DNA of 64,000 nt, taken from contig MNCI01000394.1 of assembly GCA_015680685.1 (NCBI GenBank), positions 157,547 through 221,546 on the forward strand. Reading direction: 5' to 3'. Below, in pieces: positions 62,812 through 64,000 of this stretch. This DNA comes from Gnetum montanum. Its lineage: Eukaryota; Plantae; Gnetophyta. Numbering within the stretch: position 1 is the first letter of the stretch; each line of letters opens with the position of its first letter. The position numbers and the translations under genes were made by a program. Below the pieces are notes generated by a model. The model ran no database searches. It was not told the DNA's origin and was given only the letters and a program-made list of their open reading frames with translations.

Positions 62812-64000
62812 GTGTGCAAGAGCTCTAAGGAAAAAATTGTAAAAATTTCTCTTGCTACAAATGAGAGGAATGAAAAATTTCACTAACTGCCATGTGTATA
62901 TATACTATTTTTATATACATGACATCATAGATGCGAAATCATAGATGTGACATCATAGGGGCTACAATGTCAATGTGAAAATTGTCAAATTTTTCATTGA
63001 GTTTTCTAGGGAAAATGAGTGAAATGGAATGTTTGGAAGATGTGAAGCTTGTCCAAAGGATCTTGGGCCATTAATGATGCATAGTTATCAAGGATTTGAC
63101 ATTCAAATTTCATAAAGAAGGAATCTCAAGAAATGGAAGTTTATTGGATGGATAGGAGATGGATTATGAATTTTGAGATGTATGGATAGATTGTTTGATG
63201 ATATGGGAAGTATTTGTTGAGTATTTATTGTTTCGGAAGGCACAAGATGATGTGGAATTACTTGCCAAGTATGAAATACAAGAGTTATATAAGTGGATCC
63301 TTCCCAAAGTAGGCTCTAGCCCTTAGTGCCCTTGTATAACCATGCCTAAAAGTGTCCTTAGGCACTTAAGGAGTTGAATGTAAGACATACTTGTCTAGAA
63401 AAACACACATGGTAGTATCGCCAGATTAGAAAAATAACATTATATTAAACAAAATCATAAAATTATGATTAAATATACAATGAGATCGAGTGGACTATAA
63501 AAGGGATTGCTGAAACTTAGGACATGAGATGTCTTACCATATGCATAATGAATCATTGGATGTGATCTATAATTAAGGTAATCATTAGCCCTTTCAAGAT
63601 TCAAACCAAGTCCAAAACACTTTCTAGTGACATCACATTGTTTCATCTGTGGGATTTACAACCATAAGACTACCATTGTTACAAGGAGTATTATCACTTG
63701 GCGTGTTGTTTAAGGGGGGAGTTTATTAATTGCACTTTTTATTTTTGAGATTCTTGAGAAGCTGCCTACCTTCAAGCATGGGTAACATGTCTTTTCAGTG
63801 GGACCCCTAGAATTTATTTTTTGCATGGATTTTATTTTTAACTATGTTGACCTTACGAGAGGACTACCTTTAGGCATGGGTAACATCTCTTTCCAATGAC
63901 ATGGTAATGCAACATTTATTGTGCCCTTACTCTTTTTTGTTAGATCTTTAAGAAAATAATACATCCTTAACAATAGGATAAAACTTATAGCAATAATCCT

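Larger units (their letters stand above)
36356..64000 (-). mobile_element. Element D: Athila-like Ty3/gypsy, minus strand; 3' LTR 36356-37220, PPT 37221-37230, extra ORF 37420-40191; interrupted by A and E; continues past the window end
   Basis: 37221-40470 and 61701-64000 are reverse-complement similar to A 56400-60840; LTR similar to C and E. Confidence 0.8.

Overview
AT-rich plant nuclear DNA; the TE repertoire and very long introns suggest a non-angiosperm seed plant (inference only). Left half: one intact 11-exon gene on + (2238-33410, about 623 aa) encoding a six-repeat Kelch/galactose-oxidase-type beta-propeller protein of the Arabidopsis At1g18610/At1g74150 type. It has a conserved C-terminal beta-module and a basic NLS-like motif. 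Its 21-kb intron 3 holds SINEs, RTE/L1 LINE remnants, solo LTRs, a 5'-truncated Tnt1-like Copia, a pair of long inverted repeats, and what looks like a fossil multi-exon gene. Right half (36356-64000): a four-level nest of degenerate Ty3/gypsy elements. Athila-like D (-) contains Athila-like A (+, both LTRs and TSD) and a solo LTR E. A contains a gag-protease-only Tat/Ogre-like element B (-), whose LTR contains solo LTR C. Most interesting signal: in both Athila-like elements, the extra ~2.8-kb ORF after pol is preceded by an internal TATA box plus the same family-specific palindromic/repeat motif that sits in front of that element's own LTR TATA box. This suggests a co-evolving, possibly self-transactivating or anti-silencing, subgenomic promoter system. 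All calls were made by eye; no database searches were run.
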